Shown: piece by piece, positions 28,084 to 45,578 of the stretch
Layout: every line of letters starts with the position of its first letter
How positions within the stretch are numbered: the stretch's first letter is position 1
NCBI RefSeq assembly: GCF_009914755.1
Contig: NC_060942.1
Length of the DNA: 64,000 nucleotides
Reading direction: 5' to 3' (one strand)
DNA from: the human T2T-CHM13v2.0 reference genome, Homo sapiens
The notes under the pieces: generated by a model
Told to the model about the DNA's origin: nothing
The model's database searches: none
The model's input: the letters and a program-made list of their open reading frames with translations, nothing else
Translations under genes and position numbers: made by a program

Positions 28084-30308
28084 CTAGAATAGCGTCATGA
28101 AGGAGCTAAGATTTATTGCTCCTCTGGAGATGAATCATACAAGGAAGACTCAGCACTGATGCTAGAATGGAGTTCCTCAAAGACATTCTGCTTTATTTAC
28201 CCAGCGTTGTTGCATAGGTGCATGCCTTGGAATTTGGTGACACCTTCCAGTCTTCACTGAGGGTGTCTCGAACATCTTACCAGCATCAACTAGGAAGTAG
28301 ACTTGTTATTAAGTGCAAATCTGCACCTCCAATGATGAGGTAAAAAGACTGCAGCTGAGTCACTGGTGTGGAGGTGAGCACACACGGGAAGGCCTTTCAT
28401 GGCGAGAGAGAGTCACAGGCAACGCAGTGTACGCAGCCTCAGGACCAGGGATGCAGACGGGCTGGACCAATCGGGCAAACAACCTTTGTACAAATTTGTC
28501 ACATAGCGAATGAGACAAGGAGAGCCAGCTAAAATGCACTGTGGTCTCTTAGGGATGATTTGAGACTGGAAATCAAAGCCCTTCCAGCCCCCATGTGGTT
28601 ATTTTAGCCACAAACATAGAGGTGTTTTACACACACACACACACACATTATTAATGGGACACATTGAAAGAACGCTAAGAGCCAGGAGACACAGATTCCA
28701 CTCTTCACTTCACCATGATCTCACCATGGAATTTTAAATAAGTGCATTAACATCTTTGTGTTTCAGATGCCTTGTCATGAAAATAAGTAACATTGAATTT
28801 GGCAATTTCTGAGATATCTTAGAACTCAGTGAGCCTTTGCAGATGGGCACAAAATCTGTCACTTAAGGTGATATTTCTTTCCTAAAGTAAGAAGTCAAAA
28901 CCAGAAAATATTTCACCTGATAACAAATACAACTGGTATGGTCATATCTCAAAGGATAGTCATTTAGAAGACAGGTAATGTCTGATGACAGTTTTATAAC
29001 TTAACATTGTTACATACAGAAAAAATAAAGTGTGTTTTTGCCTTTTAAAATCAAGTTTAAAAAAATTGGCATGATTCTCGTTAATAAGTTCCAAAGCGTC
29101 TTACTGCAGTGAACCTATCTTACTATGCTATCTCATTGAAGGAGCAGGAAAATATCACCAATTTACTGCAATAAGGTAATTACTGTAATAAGATAAATGT
29201 TAACTTTTTAATGAAAACCACTGTCCTTGAGTAATTGCTCTTCCGAGGACTGCTCCATATATGATTTCTTTGCAATTATTAAGATTAATTCACTTTTTTA
29301 CTAGGAGCGGACCAAAATACCAAGCCAAATGATCATTTTTATAAGCACATTTTCAAGTGTCCTAGAACTTAAGGAGAGAGAGAGAAATGGATTTAAGTCT
29401 TGTTTCCAAATCTATTTTATTAAGTCACAAGCTGTCAAGTTTCTGGGTTCAGTTAAATGCAAATAAAAGCAACAAAAGCCTAGTAAAAATAGATGAGATG
29501 AAAAGCAGGAGTGTGCATTGACCATCAGCTACAGAGCAGCAAAGTGAAGATTTAATGAGAACTTTCTTTGTTCACAAATCCACTGGCTTTTCATAAATGA
29601 CTCATTGCGTGAACGTCCTAAATGCACAGATGTGTGACAGCACTGCACCTTCAGCGTGCCTGTGGATTCAGGACGCCTCCAGGACGCTATTTAAGGAGGA
29701 TTATAGCTATATCAGCTTAACATTAACAGCAGCACAGTTAATGGAATAGCGGAATCCAACCAAAGCAGGGCCTGAGAGCATATGTTTCCCTTCAAGATGC
29801 CTCATGTCCACATTTGTTTTGATTATTGGTTTGCTCAGCCTGGTATCGTGGATTTGAGTGTCCAAGAAAAAAAAAACCAAAACCAAAAAACGCTGGGCTC
29901 TCTCCTCAGCGTTCCTTCCTGGCCTCCTGACATCACTTCTATTTTTAACCAGGAAAGGAGCCTGAGAGAAAAGGTGATCCTTTCTTGTTTCATCAGCTTC
30001 GTGGGCTGAAGCATTGCTTTCTGGAAAGCATCACGACATTAGTACAAGTTAATTCCCAGTGGGATTTGCTATGGGTCTCACAGACTCCAGCAAACACAAG
30101 GCCAAAGGGAGCATGCTCTTATAGGCTCTTGTCCCAGTGCTTCCCTGGCACTGACTCTTCTCCATTTTCAGAGTGACTCAGAAAAATACAAGAGAAGAAA
30201 TGTTCAGTAACTCTCATCCATGTTTGTCTGTCTGTCATCTATCCATCATCTTTCCATTGATTGTACTATTTTAATTGTTCTCACATTTAAAAAGAGCAAG
30301 AAATTCTT

Positions 30309-30564
<256 letters not shown>

Positions 30565-30869
30565 TTACATTAATTAAAATTTAAAAAGCAAGAAGACAAA
30601 CCTATCCTTCATCTATTGAGTCTGTTCTATTCCCACCACCTTCTGCCAGTTAGAATGAAACCACCCAATCACCTGCTAACGCCTTTCTGCATCTTGATTG
30701 TCCCGTGGCCCCATCCAGATGGAAGGCGGGTTTAGAGAGAGTATGGTGTAGAGAAAAGCTAAGGTGGATTCCCCCGGCGTCAGCACACAGGCTGTGCCCA
30801 GAGCTCAGTGGAGAGGAGCCCCGTGTGGTGTGGGCAGGAAGACAGAGGCGGAGCCAGACTGCTCCGCAA

Positions 30870-31025
30870 CATGACGCTGTCTGATCTGAGCCAAAAACCG
30901 GACTCCACTGTGCAACAGTTTCCTCATTAATCAAATGAGAAACACAGAGCTCACTTCATGGAGTTCCTGTGAATGGTGCCTGGCTCATTGTAAGCACAAT
31001 GTAAGTACTAGCTACTGTTATTATG
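30870..31025 (+). mobile_element. MIR
   Basis: CAGTTTCCTCATT...GTGCCTGGCTCATTGTAAGCACAAT. Confidence 0.6.
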
Positions 31026-31052
31026 AAGTTAAGATATAGGATAGTTAGCATA

Positions 31053-31603
31053 AGTGGCAGTGAGAATTTTAAAGATGGTCCCAAAGGCCCTGACCCCTGG
31101 CTATTCAAGGACACACTGCTGTGGGCACTGCTGTGAAGGGTGGATGTGCAGAAGATCCCGGTGGGCCTGATCCATGCCATCAGGTGAGCCCTTTCACAGC
31201 AGAGTTTATTCAGCTGGAGGTGGAAGTAGAGGCTGACGGGATTGAAATCATGAGAAGGAGGCAACACACACAGGTGACCTTGAGTAAAGAAATGTGGCAG
31301 TCTGTAGCAGCAGAGGTGGTCTTGGCCAACAGCCACCAAAGAAATGAGACAGTCCCACAGCAGCAAGGACTTGGATCCTTCCAACCACCTGGATGAGCTT
31401 GGAAGCAGCATCTCCCTCAGAGCCTCCAGATAAAAGGTCAGCCCAGCTGGCACCTTAACTTGGGGCTTGTGAGACCCTAAGCAGAGAATGCAGATGAGTC
31501 TATCTGGATTTTCAACCTACAGAACAGTGAGCTAATAAATGGATGTCCTTGTAAGCTGCTAAATTTGAGGTTCTTTGTTATGTAGCAACAGATAGTGAGT
31601 AGA
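31053..31603 (+). mobile_element. MLT1E-like MaLR LTR
   Basis: GAGCTTGGAAGCAG...GAGCCTCCAGATAA...TTGTGAGACCCTAAGCAGAGAA...AATAAATGG...TTTGTTATGTAGCAA. Confidence 0.8.
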
Positions 31604-31799
31604 ACTTAGAACTTAACACTCCCTTTGAGGAAAGTAATGAGATCCATACTTCTTTTATGATATTTGGCTTGAGCTCTCACAATAGTTGAAGTCATAAATG
31701 AGGGTTAAATTATGGAAAAGAAGACTTGGAGCGAGGTGGGCACCATGGCTGCTGTAGACCAGATGGTGATTCCTGTAAGCCATGTTATACATCACCGAC

Positions 31800-34010
31800 T
31801 GATATGGTTTGGCTGCATCCCCACCCAAATCTCATCTTGAATTCCCATGTGTTGTTGGAGGGACCTGGTGGGAGATAATTGAATCATGGGAGCAGGTTGT
31901 TCCTGTGCTGTGAATAAGTCTCATGAGATCTGGTGGTTTTAAAAATGGGAGTTTCCCTGCACAAGCTCTCTTCTCCTGTCAGCTCCCATGTAAAATGTGC
32001 CTTTCACCTTCTTCCATGATTGTGAGGCCTCCCCAGCCATGTGGAACTGTAAGTCCATTAAAACCTCTTTTTCTTCCCAGTCTCAGGTATGTCCTTATCA
32101 GCAACATGAAAATGGACTAATACAGTAAATAGGTACCAGTAGAGTGGGGCACTGCTGAAAAGATACCCAAAAATGTGGAAGCGACTTTGGAACTGGGTAA
32201 CTGGCAGAGGCTGGAACATTTTGGAGGGCTCAGAATAAGACAGGAAAATGTGGGAAAGTTTGGAACTTTCTAAAGACTTGTTGAATGGCTTTGACCAAAA
32301 TGCTGATAATGATATGGAACATGAAATCCAGGCTGAGGTGGTCTTAGATGGAGATGAGGAACTTGTTGGGAACTGGAGCAAAGGTGACTCTTGTTATGTT
32401 TTAGCAAAGAGACTGGTGGCATTTTTCCCCTGCTCTAGAGATTTGTGTAACTTTAAACTTGAGAGAGATGATTTAAGGAATCTGGCAGAATACATTTCTA
32501 AGCAGCAAAATATTCAAGAGGTGACTTGGGTGCTGTTAAAGGCATTCAGTTTTATAAGGAAAGTAGAGTATAAAAGTTTGGAAAATTTGCAGCATGACAA
32601 TGCAATAGAAAAGAAAATCCCATTTTCTGAGGAGAAATCCAAGCCTGCTGCAAAAATTTGCATAAATAATGAGGAGCCAAATGTTATTCCCAAAGAAAAT
32701 GGGGAAAATGTCTCCAGGGCATATCAGAGGTCTTCATGGCAGCCCCTCCCATCACGGACTGGGAGTCCTAGGAGGAAAATGAGGTTTTGTGGGCCAGACC
32801 TAGGGTCCCTGTGCTGTGAGCAGCCTAGAGACTTGGTGCCCTCTGTCCTAGCTGCTCCAGCCATGGCTGAAAGGGGGCCAATGTAGAGCTCAGGCCATGG
32901 CTTCAGAAGGTGCAAGCCTCAAGCCTTGGCAGCTTCCACATGGTGTTGAGCCAGCAAATGCACATAAGTAAAGAATTGAGGTTTGGGAACCTCCATCTAG
33001 ATTTCAGAAGATGTGTGAAAACACCTGGATGTCCTGACAGAAGTTTGCTGCAGGGGAAGGGCCCTCATAGAGAACCTCTGCTAGGGTAGTGTGGAAGGGA
33101 AATGTGGGGTTGGCATCCCCACACAGACTCCCTACTGGGGTACCACCTAGTGGAGCTGTGAGAAGAGGGCCACTGTCCTCCAGAGCCCAGAATGGTAGAT
33201 CCACCAACAGTTTGCTCCATGAGCCTGGAAAAGTTGCAGGCACTCAACACCAGCCCATGGAAAGCCACAGGGTCAGAGCTATGCAAGACCATGGGAACCC
33301 ATGTCTTACATCAGTGTGACCTGATGTGAGACATGGAGTCAAAGGAGATCATTTTAGAGCTCTAAGATTTAACTGCCTCTCTGGATTTTGGACTTACATG
33401 TGGCCTGTAGCCCCTTTGTATTGGCCAATTTCTCCCATTTGGAATGGCTGTATTTACCTAATGCCTGTACCCCCATTGTATCTAGGATGTAACTAACTTG
33501 CTTTTGATTTTACAGGTTATAGGAGGAAGGGATTTTCCTTGTCTTGGATGGGACTTTGGACTGTGGACTTTTAAGTTAATGCTGAAATGAGTTAAGACTT
33601 TGGAGGACTGTTGGGAAGGCATGATTGGTTTTGAAATGTGAGAACATGAGATTTTGGAGGGACCAGGGGTGCAATGATGTGGTTTAGCTGTGTCCCCATC
33701 CAAATCTCATCTTGAATTCCCACATGTGTGGGAGGCACCTGGTGGGAAGTAATTGAATCACAGGGGCAGGTATTTCCCTTGCTATTCTCCTGACAGTGAA
33801 TAAATCTCACAAGAGCTGATGGTTTTAAAAATGGAAGTTTCCCTGCGCAAGCTCTCTTCTGTGGTCTGACGCCATGTAAGACATGCCTTTCACCTTCCAC
33901 CACGATTACATGGCCTCCCCAGCCACATGGACCCGTAAGTCTATTAAAACCTCTTTTTCTTCCCAGTCTCAGGTATGCCTTTATTAGCGGCATGAAAATG
34001 GACTAATACA
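31800..34010 (+). mobile_element. Full-length THE1 (THE1A/B-like) MaLR provirus: LTR 31800-32124, internal 32125-33674, LTR 33675-34010
   Basis: Both LTRs run TGAT..GG to GACTAATACA. Internal region starts GTAAATAGGTACCAGTAGAGTGGGG, with a purine tract before the 3' LTR. 5 bp TSD CCGAC/CCGAT. Confidence 0.95.
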
Positions 34011-34789
34011 CCGATCGACTGGGCTGTCACATCCTTCTGTCTTCCTTACATTCCAGAATACCTCATATGGAAGACAGAATAGTGTCGTCCTGTATAACCC
34101 CAAAGGGAAATGCTGCAGACCAATGTGCCATATGAAGCAGAACTGGCTGCCATTCAGAACTGTCGACAATGAGAAGAGTAAATTCAGGAAACTGTGGGAC
34201 AAAGCACAGGCTGAATCACTAGTATGAAGGAGAGCGTGCCCTGTGTTCACTAAATCCAGCTCACTTTTTCCTCCCTGGGAACACTCTCCCAGTCATACTT
34301 TCCACCATCCCACCCTTACATGGGTCATAAGATTATCTGCAGGCAATGAAATGTGAGCTGAGATGATGGTGTTACTTCCAGGCTGAAGCAGTGTAAAACC
34401 TGGTGATTCTCTGCTCTCTCTGCCCATGGCCTATCAACCAAGGAGGGCTTGTGTTAAGTGAGTAGGTCTAGGCCGCCAGTGCACCCGGGATCTCTGAGTC
34501 ACTACATGGACTGCAGCTGCCTTGGAAAGCTGCCTGCACCCCCACTGGATGTTTAATGAGTAAAAAACAAACTTTGCTGTGTTTTGTGGCTGTTCGTCTT
34601 TCTCTCTACTCCCTGTAACCTAGCCTATCCAGCTACTCAACAGAACCATTGTAAAGCCAGATTTAAAAATCAAGCAGACTGGAATAAGTAAATTCTAAGA
34701 TCATGGCATTTAAGAGCCTTGATTTTCTGATTTAGCTAGTTGTACCAACAAATCAACGGTGATAACAGAAACATGAGAATAATTATGAT

Positions 34790-35010
34790 TAATATTTAGT
34801 GTGGATCTATTCTGTGACAAGCACTATGCTGGACACAACATATCTATTGCCTCCCTTTGTCCTCCGGGAGCTCTATGACATAGGCACTAGTCTCATTCCT
34901 GTTTCAAAGAAGAGAAAAACAAAGGCAAGAGGGTTTAGTTAATTAACCCAGTATTGCACAGCTAGCAAATAGCAGACCTGGGAAGGGGAGCCTTTGGCCT
35001 TCCAATATAA
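34790..35010 (-). mobile_element. MIR
   Basis: ATTTAGTGTGGATCTATTCTGTGACAAGCACTATGCT...CACAGCTAGCAAATAGCAGA. Confidence 0.6.
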
Positions 35011-35269
35011 AACTCTTTCCACAGCAAGTTGAGCAAATGGAGCAAATTGCATATAGAATTCTAAAAGAATCTGTTCCATAATTTTGTTAAATAGAAGATG
35101 GTGTTTTCTGTCTTATTTCTGATGCTTTTCCTGCTAAAGCCACTTAGTTGCTTGCATTAGCATCGTGCAAGTCCTTCAAGGAACTGTCGGCTTTTTTATA
35201 GAGTATTACCTACTATCTCAGGATCCGTGATCATAATGAATTAGAATAAAAGTGTGAGAGGTTATAAAT

Positions 35270-35690
35270 GGCCACACGTTATTTGAAGCTTCTCTCAGTA
35301 GAATGTAGAGTCTGTTCATCTACCCCTTGATTCTTTGCTGGCCCTGTGACCAGCTTTGACCAACACAATGTAGCAGAAATGACACCGAGTGACTCCCAAC
35401 CTCTGCTTCCAAGATATCCTGCAGCCTCTGCTCTTGAAAAGCCTCTCGCACACTGGGTGGAAGCTGCAATAAAATCCCATGTGTAAGGAGAGAGGCTCAG
35501 CCTCCCGGGCCCACCCTGCTAAGGCTCCACCGGTGTGAGAGCAACCCCGCTCAACCACCCAGCCCCGGCCCAGCCACCAGCTGACTGAAGCCACAAGAAC
35601 CGGTCAACCCAAGGACGCCTGAGAAATACGGAATCGCCATTGCTTTAAGTGGTCATTTATTTTGTGGTGATTTGTTTTGCAGCAATACCG
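35270..35690 (+). mobile_element. MLT1 (G/H-like) LTR
   Basis: GGCCCTGTGACCAGCTTTGACCAACACAATGTAGCAGAAATGAC...TGCTTTAAG...TTTGTTTTGCAGCAATA. Confidence 0.7.
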
Positions 35691-36425
35691 ATAAAACAAA
35701 GTTAAACTCTTTTATAAAACCGAATAAAACCCTGGAAAATTCAGATCAGGGAATTCTCCTAGCTTAACTATAGAAGATAGAACTGGTGACTTTAAAGGGC
35801 TTTTTTTCCCCCACTTTTAAAAAAAATCCATTTGCTAAATCTAATTATGTCATCATTGATTTTAGAAATAAGAGGTAATTTTTCCATCAACTGGTCAAAA
35901 CTCAATTTCATTTATCACTGGGAGATAAAAAGGAGTCTATTCTCTTCCTTGACTCTATTTTGTTCATTTTCTGAATAGTTGAATAGCATTACATGCAAAG
36001 TATCTATTGGGAAATAATTCTATACTTAATGTTAGAGCCAGTGAGACCTCACACGCTCAGGCAGGTCGCACAGGGTCAATTATCGGTCATTTCTGAGAAC
36101 TGTCTTCTTATGCTGCTGGAAGTGTCACGGGAGATTTACTATTGTCATATCCAGCCAATAACCTGGCATGGAGGAGCTCTGTCTTTTGGAAAGGATATAA
36201 AAGTAAAGAACAGAGCACTCAGGGACATGAAAGAGCTCGTGGCATTTTGAGTTGATCCTAACGTCCTGGATAAATTCCAATCACAGTAATGGCATTCACT
36301 TATGCTTTTGTTATAAGCAATTAAGGCATGCACTGTTTTGCTCCATCTCATTCCCTTCTAACTAATCTCCTCTGCATCTGGTCAACTGATCCTTATATTG
36401 CTGAGTGACCAGATGCTGCTTAGAC

Positions 36426-36778
36426 CGGGGGGCCACAAGCTTTGTTCTGTAAAGGGCAGAGTAAATATTTCAGATTTTGCAGGCCAAATGGCAAAGTTGT
36501 AGACATTATCCTGGTATTTATATAACAAAAGAAAAAACACATTTCCACAGATTTTGATGAAATTAAAAATACAAGAACAAGGATTGAGTACAATGTTTTC
36601 GCTCTACTGCTCATGAAAAAACTGTCTTTCTTTTGCAGCATAACCTTCGTTTAGTCGAGGTTCAAAGTTAGTGTTTTTAATCATCAAATCAATTGCCAAT
36701 GTTCATCTGTAAAATCATTCTTAGCTGAAAAAGTGAGGGGGCTGGATTTGCTCCTCGGGTTTTACTTTGCCCAGTTTA
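36426..36778. mobile_element. MER58D-like hAT-Charlie MITE
   Basis: TTCTGTAAAGGGCAGAGTAAATATTT...GCAGGCCAAATGGCAAA...GGCTGGATTTG. Confidence 0.7.
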
Positions 36779-37854
36779 GGAGACAGCTCTGTCTATACCT
36801 CGGTGGCAAATAGGCTTCCTCCTATGCCAGATGGGGGCCACGAGTGTGGGGTCCAGTGGGCTTGCGAGTAGAGCTGGATCTTGGGAGGAAAGATGTGCTG
36901 TCTGGAGGCCAATGGCTGCCGCAGGAAATGACAACCTTCATTTCCTATACACTCTTTTCTTTATACACTCAGTCTATGCATTGCTTCACCTGGGTGTGTG
37001 GAGTTTCCTTTTATGAAAGTTCTCTAACTGTGAGGCTCTTGGAAGGAAGAGGCCCTTTCTCATGAGACACTTATCCTCACTCCAGGGTGGACAGTGCCCA
37101 CTGCTCATCCCACTGAGTGAGGGGCTGACCAGCCAGCTTGAGAGAGGCGGGGCTCAGGTGGGGTCCCCACTCTCCATGCTGGCACCCAGTGCTCTCTCTT
37201 GTTCTTTGATAGCCTTGCCAGGTTTACTTTGAGCTTTTTGTTTGTTGGCCCTTTATTGGTAGAAAGCCTTGGGAAGATTGTCTTAAAAACAAACAATTTT
37301 AGAAAGTCACTCTTCATTAGAATGGATTGCTAAAAATCTGAATATTTTAGATTGATATTTCAGTCTGCTCGAAACTCATTTAAATTACTTGATAGTTAAA
37401 TACATGTAGACTGTATTATAATTTTATTGAACCACTGCTCCAGGTTAACCTAATTGTTTTGAAACTGGTGCTTTGAACATTCAATCAGGACAAAATTTAT
37501 ATTAGGCTAACCTATGAAAAGAAGAAATGATTTGTCTCTGGAAATTACCAATTTATTCTCACTAAACATATCCAGACACAGTGTAGCCAACCTAGACAAC
37601 CAATTGGCGTGCATTTTGCTAGGAGTGAGTATTTGGACTCTGATCTTCAAACATTTCAGTCCCATGATTCAATGAGTCTGAGGCAAAATCACATGAATTT
37701 GGGTATTACATGACAACAGATTGCATCTCCCTTCTGACCCAGCTAGTTAAAAATACAGTTATCCTGTGTCTGTGCAGATGCTTCTGTAAACAAACCCACT
37801 GCACTGTCAGTCGTATAAAAGTATAGCACATATAATTATGCACAGTGCACAACA

Positions 37855-40314
<2,460 letters not shown>

Positions 40315-42109
40315 TACTTGACAACAATCATAAACTACTTTGTTATTGGTTTATGTGTTTACCATAATATATTTTTAATCTTTATTTTGGGGTGTACCCC
40401 TTCTACTTTTTTTTTTAAGCTGACTTAAAACAATTTCAGGAAGTCTTTCAGGAGGTTTTCTAGAAGAAGGCACTGTTATCACAGGACACAAAAGCTCCAG
40501 GCATGTTATTGGCCCTGAAGACCTTCCTGTGGGACAAGATATGGAAGTGGAAGGCAGCGATATTGATCATCCTGATCCTGTGCTGGCCTAGGCTAATGTG
40601 GATTTTGTGTTTTAAGTATTATTATAAAAGACTCAAAAAGTTAAAAAAAAAAAGGCTATAAAATAAAAATGTTACAGCAAGCTAATATTAATGTATCATT
40701 GAAGAAAATGTTTGTGTATATTAGTATAGCCTAAGCGTCCAGTGTTTATAAAGTTTACAGTAGTGTAGAATAATGTCCTAGGCCTTCACATTCACTCACC
40801 ACTCACTCACTGACTCACCCAGAGAGCTGCTACTCCTGCAAGCTCCATTCATGGTAAGTATTCTATACAGGGCCACTATTTTTTTTTATCTTGTATACCA
40901 TATTTTTATTCTACCTATTCTGTTTAGATATATTTAGATACACAAATACCTACCATCGTGTTACAGTTCCTCACAGTATTCAGTAGAGTAACATGCTATA
41001 CAGGTTTGTAGCCTAGGAGAAATAGGCTACGCTATATAGCCTGGGTATATAGTAGGCTATATCATCTAGGCCTATATAAATGCACTCTAGGATGCTTACA
41101 CAACAACAGAATCATCTGACAATACATTTCTCAGAACATATTGCTGTTGCTAAGCCATGCGTGATTGTATGTACTTACATAGGAGACAAGACAATAGGTA
41201 CAAAGTTATCTCTACTACTAGAAAGCACAGTGCAGCACACTCATAGTCTCTGGATGACTTCTAAATCTCTCTAATGAATATTACATATGCACGTATGTAG
41301 CTATTATGTGCATTTGATAACATATAAGGACCTTGCTCATAGCATGAAGTTACCAGCTGTAAAATATATTTTATCAACTTGACCGAGTTTCAGGTGTTGC
41401 CACACCATGGTCTAATAACTGGATAAACGCTACTCTGAGACCTACCTTGTAGAAGAATAGGAATTTGCCACTGTTTTCAACAGTGCTCACGGCATGGGCT
41501 AGAATTCGGAACATCCAATGGGAATTCCTCATTTGTGTAAAATATTATTTTACCACAAGTACCTACTATCCCTGGGTTTAAAACACCAGAAGCCCTCCAG
41601 CTGCACAATGTCTGGCTTAAAAGCCAAGTGCATTAAAAGTCAGATGCTGTCGGTCCTTAGGTCTTGAAGCACAAAAGAACTCAGGAGAGAGCTGCCCTGA
41701 ACCATACCTGTGCCTGCAGGCACATGACTTCAGGTGACTGCCTCCAGGCGCTCGCCTGGAGGAAGTTGCTGGAAGTCAGTGCAAATGAGAACTGCTTCCT
41801 GGGAGCAGAAAGAAACATTCAGGATCCTCAAAGGCAGGGATGCATTTGTGGACAACATTTGCACTGGGTCAGGCCAATATTATTCCAAAACACTTTAATC
41901 CATTGCCTAGAAACTTGGACTTCCGTTTGCAACCTGTGCACCACCATGAGAAGAAAATAGAAAAAAAACCCAGCTGCTTGTACATCTGTGTTAGTTTTAA
42001 AACAATATTTTAAAATTTGGCGGTTTGAGTTTTCTAAGGAAAAGGATAGTTCAGTAATAGATCCTAGATTGATGCTGCTCTTTTTTCAAAACAAAACAAA
42101 ACAAAAACA

Positions 42110-42660
42110 GAAGCATAATTTGCAGAGTAAAATTCACTTTTTTAGTGTATTAATGTATGAGTGTTAACAAATGCATAGACCTATATCCGCTAGCACAATC
42201 AGGACATTCTAGAACATTTCTGTACCCTCACCTGGGGAGTCATAGCTCCTCCTGCTCCCAGCCCCAACAGCCAGGGATCTGTTTTCTGTCCCCATTGCTT
42301 TGCATTTTCCAGAATGTTGTATAAATAGAATCCTCCAGCACACAGGCTTTTGAAACTGGCTTTTTTCACTTAGCCCGTGATTCACTAGAGATCCATCCAT
42401 GCTGCATGTGCTGTGATGTCTTCCTTTTCATAGCTGAGTGCTATTCCTTCGTATGGTTATACCACAGTTTGTTTGTCCATGCACCAGCTGAAAGGCATTT
42501 GGGTGGTTTCTTGCTTGGTGAAATTATGAATACAGCAGCTGTATGTTTTGTGAGAACATGCATTTTCATGTCTCTTGGGTAAATGCCAAGGAAGGGATTG
42601 CTGGATCATGTGGCAAAGACATGTTTAACTTTTTGAGAAATGATGCAGATTACTTTCCAG
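42110..42660 (-). mobile_element. L1MB-type 3' end
   Basis: AAAATTCACTTTTTTAGTGTA...TTTCCAGAATGTTGTATAAATAGAATC...GGATTGCTGGATCATGTGG. Confidence 0.75.
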
Positions 42661-42779
42661 CCAATGTGGACTAAAGATATATCACCTTCCCTTCAAGAGG
42701 AATGGATAAACATTCTTTCTGTTAGGAAATTCCTCTTCATAGAAACAATGAATGGAAACAATGCATGGAAAATTAGATC

Positions 42780-42960
42780 AGAAAAATTGTAAAATGGGCT
42801 TGGTCCAATCTCTGAATATTTTAGAATGAGGAAACTGAAGCCCAGAGAAATGGAGCACATCCGAGCTCATGCAGGAGCAAGTGATGGATTTGGATTGGGT
42901 CTCCTCCCCTAGGCTCAGCTCCTCTCTGCCTTCCACTGGCTTCCTGCTCTGTGTAGTCTC
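42780..42960 (-). mobile_element. MIR
   Basis: ATTTTAGAATGAGGAAACTGAAGCCCAGAGA. Confidence 0.6.
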
Positions 42961-44111
42961 CTGTGAATTAGAGAGCTTGGAGGAAAATCTATTTAAGGAA
43001 AACACGTCCTATATTTTAAGGAATAAGTAGGGTGTAGGAGTGGAAGCATCCAGGTAAATTATTTACATTAATCAAATTCATTGAGAAATGACTCAGCCCC
43101 TATTTCCTTTGTCCCAGTTACATACATCTCTAACCTACTGGATGTCAGACCATCTCTCCTTCTGGAGAGCAGCTAATATGAGCATTAGTACATGTGTGTT
43201 TACCTTAATTATTATTAAATGCCTACATATAAAAATACAACATTTGTGGCAAACAAAGCTCATTGTAGTAGCCCATAGAGCAGGCTCCATGCCACATGAA
43301 GACATAATCTTAATTTTGTTCCAAGTCCATTTATTTGATTCAAGTCCCTCTTCTTAGATAAATTCATAGTTAGTGCAGAGAAATTTTCTAATAAACATCT
43401 GAGATTAAAATACTATCTCTGACAGCAAAATTAAATTTGTAGTCGCGACATGCATTCAATTATGATCACTCAGAGAAGGGAAAAATAAGGTGAAGAAAAA
43501 AAACTACATATGCCAAGAAAAAGAAAGGTATTCGAAAGTCATTCAAATCTTAATCCAATAATCTGTTTTTAATTACCCGCATTATGATCATTTACAGGGT
43601 GATCATTTCAGAGTCTCAAATATCCTATACTTCGGCCTAAAGCTGTGGGGGTAATTTCTTTATAACTGAGTAAGAATATGTCATCTATGTCTGGTCTAGA
43701 CTCAGCAACGGTGTTTGCAAGCGATATCTAAAGTCTCATATCTGGATTGGGTTCAATCTGCATGAAGACATCCTACTAATATTGCTTATTTTGTCTAATA
43801 CCTTCACAAAGTGTTTAAAATATTTTTATCCCTTATACACATACTTCTCTTTTCTAGTTCTATAATCTGGTTTTGTGTGGTTTTGTGGGGGAATCTAGCT
43901 AAGAGCCAAGGCATCTGCTGCTGTCAACCTTCAAGGAATTCCAAATGTCAAATGCTGTGGAAAGAAATATTTGCTTTTCTGGTTAGAGTAAGACCCTAAC
44001 CCCAAGTGGAAAGAAGCCCTCTTGATCCTACCTTCTGCCTTTCATCTTCATCCTTCTTCTTGCTGCGAGCGCTGTGCTGGCCTCAGATGCGTTCTGGAAT
44101 ATTCTGCCCTA

Positions 44112-44534
<423 letters not shown>

Positions 44535-45264
44535 TCACCATGTATACAAACTGAACAATTGGCAAGCCTTCCACACTCAGCTGACTTCCTGAGCCAGCAG
44601 GGTTTGTTTCATTTCACAAGGCTTCCTAAAGTGTAAAGAGGTTGCACCTCGGTCATTTCTGTTATGTTTTTCTCTCAAACCCAAATACCCTTTAATTTTC
44701 CTGTTTGTATTAGCAATCTGCTAACCTATTTGTTACCCAGACACCAGAAATCACGCATGCTCTCTTCAGGGAAGGCCTGACCCTCTCTCCTTCTTTGGCA
44801 GACTGGCCTTGCCCTCAATCAGTTCTGTTTCTTACCAGTTCTTGAGCTTTTCAACCACAGTGAGATGCACCCTAGAGAGGGCAGACTCTCAGAACCAGCG
44901 GGTCCAGCTAGGAGAGGAAGCCACACGTCCGTCCCAGAAGAGGCAGGAGCATGGTCAGCCTGTGCCCTTTCTCTCAACCTTTGCAGACCCGTGTTACCTC
45001 CTCCAGGATGGGCACTCAGGGGAGAGGAATCAGCCCCAGGTGCTCTGCTGGCAGAGCCTCCCCTCCTTGGCATAAAAGGCTTTGGAAGTCACTCATCCAC
45101 ATGGCAGGTGAATTTGTCAGCTTTTGCTGGTTGCTCAGCCCAGGCCAGCTGGTGTGGTGCGCTGTGCTGCGGAGCATCCTGTCCTTCTCAGCTCTGAACT
45201 CTCAGCTCAAGGGTCGACACAAACCAAACACATCACCAGGAGAAGCCACCCTCTCAGACCCTAG

Positions 45265-45578
<314 letters not shown>

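Noticed and set aside
32248-32886. 212-aa ORF as a novel gene
   Set aside because: Remnant of the known MaLR/THE1 internal ORF; no evidence of domestication.
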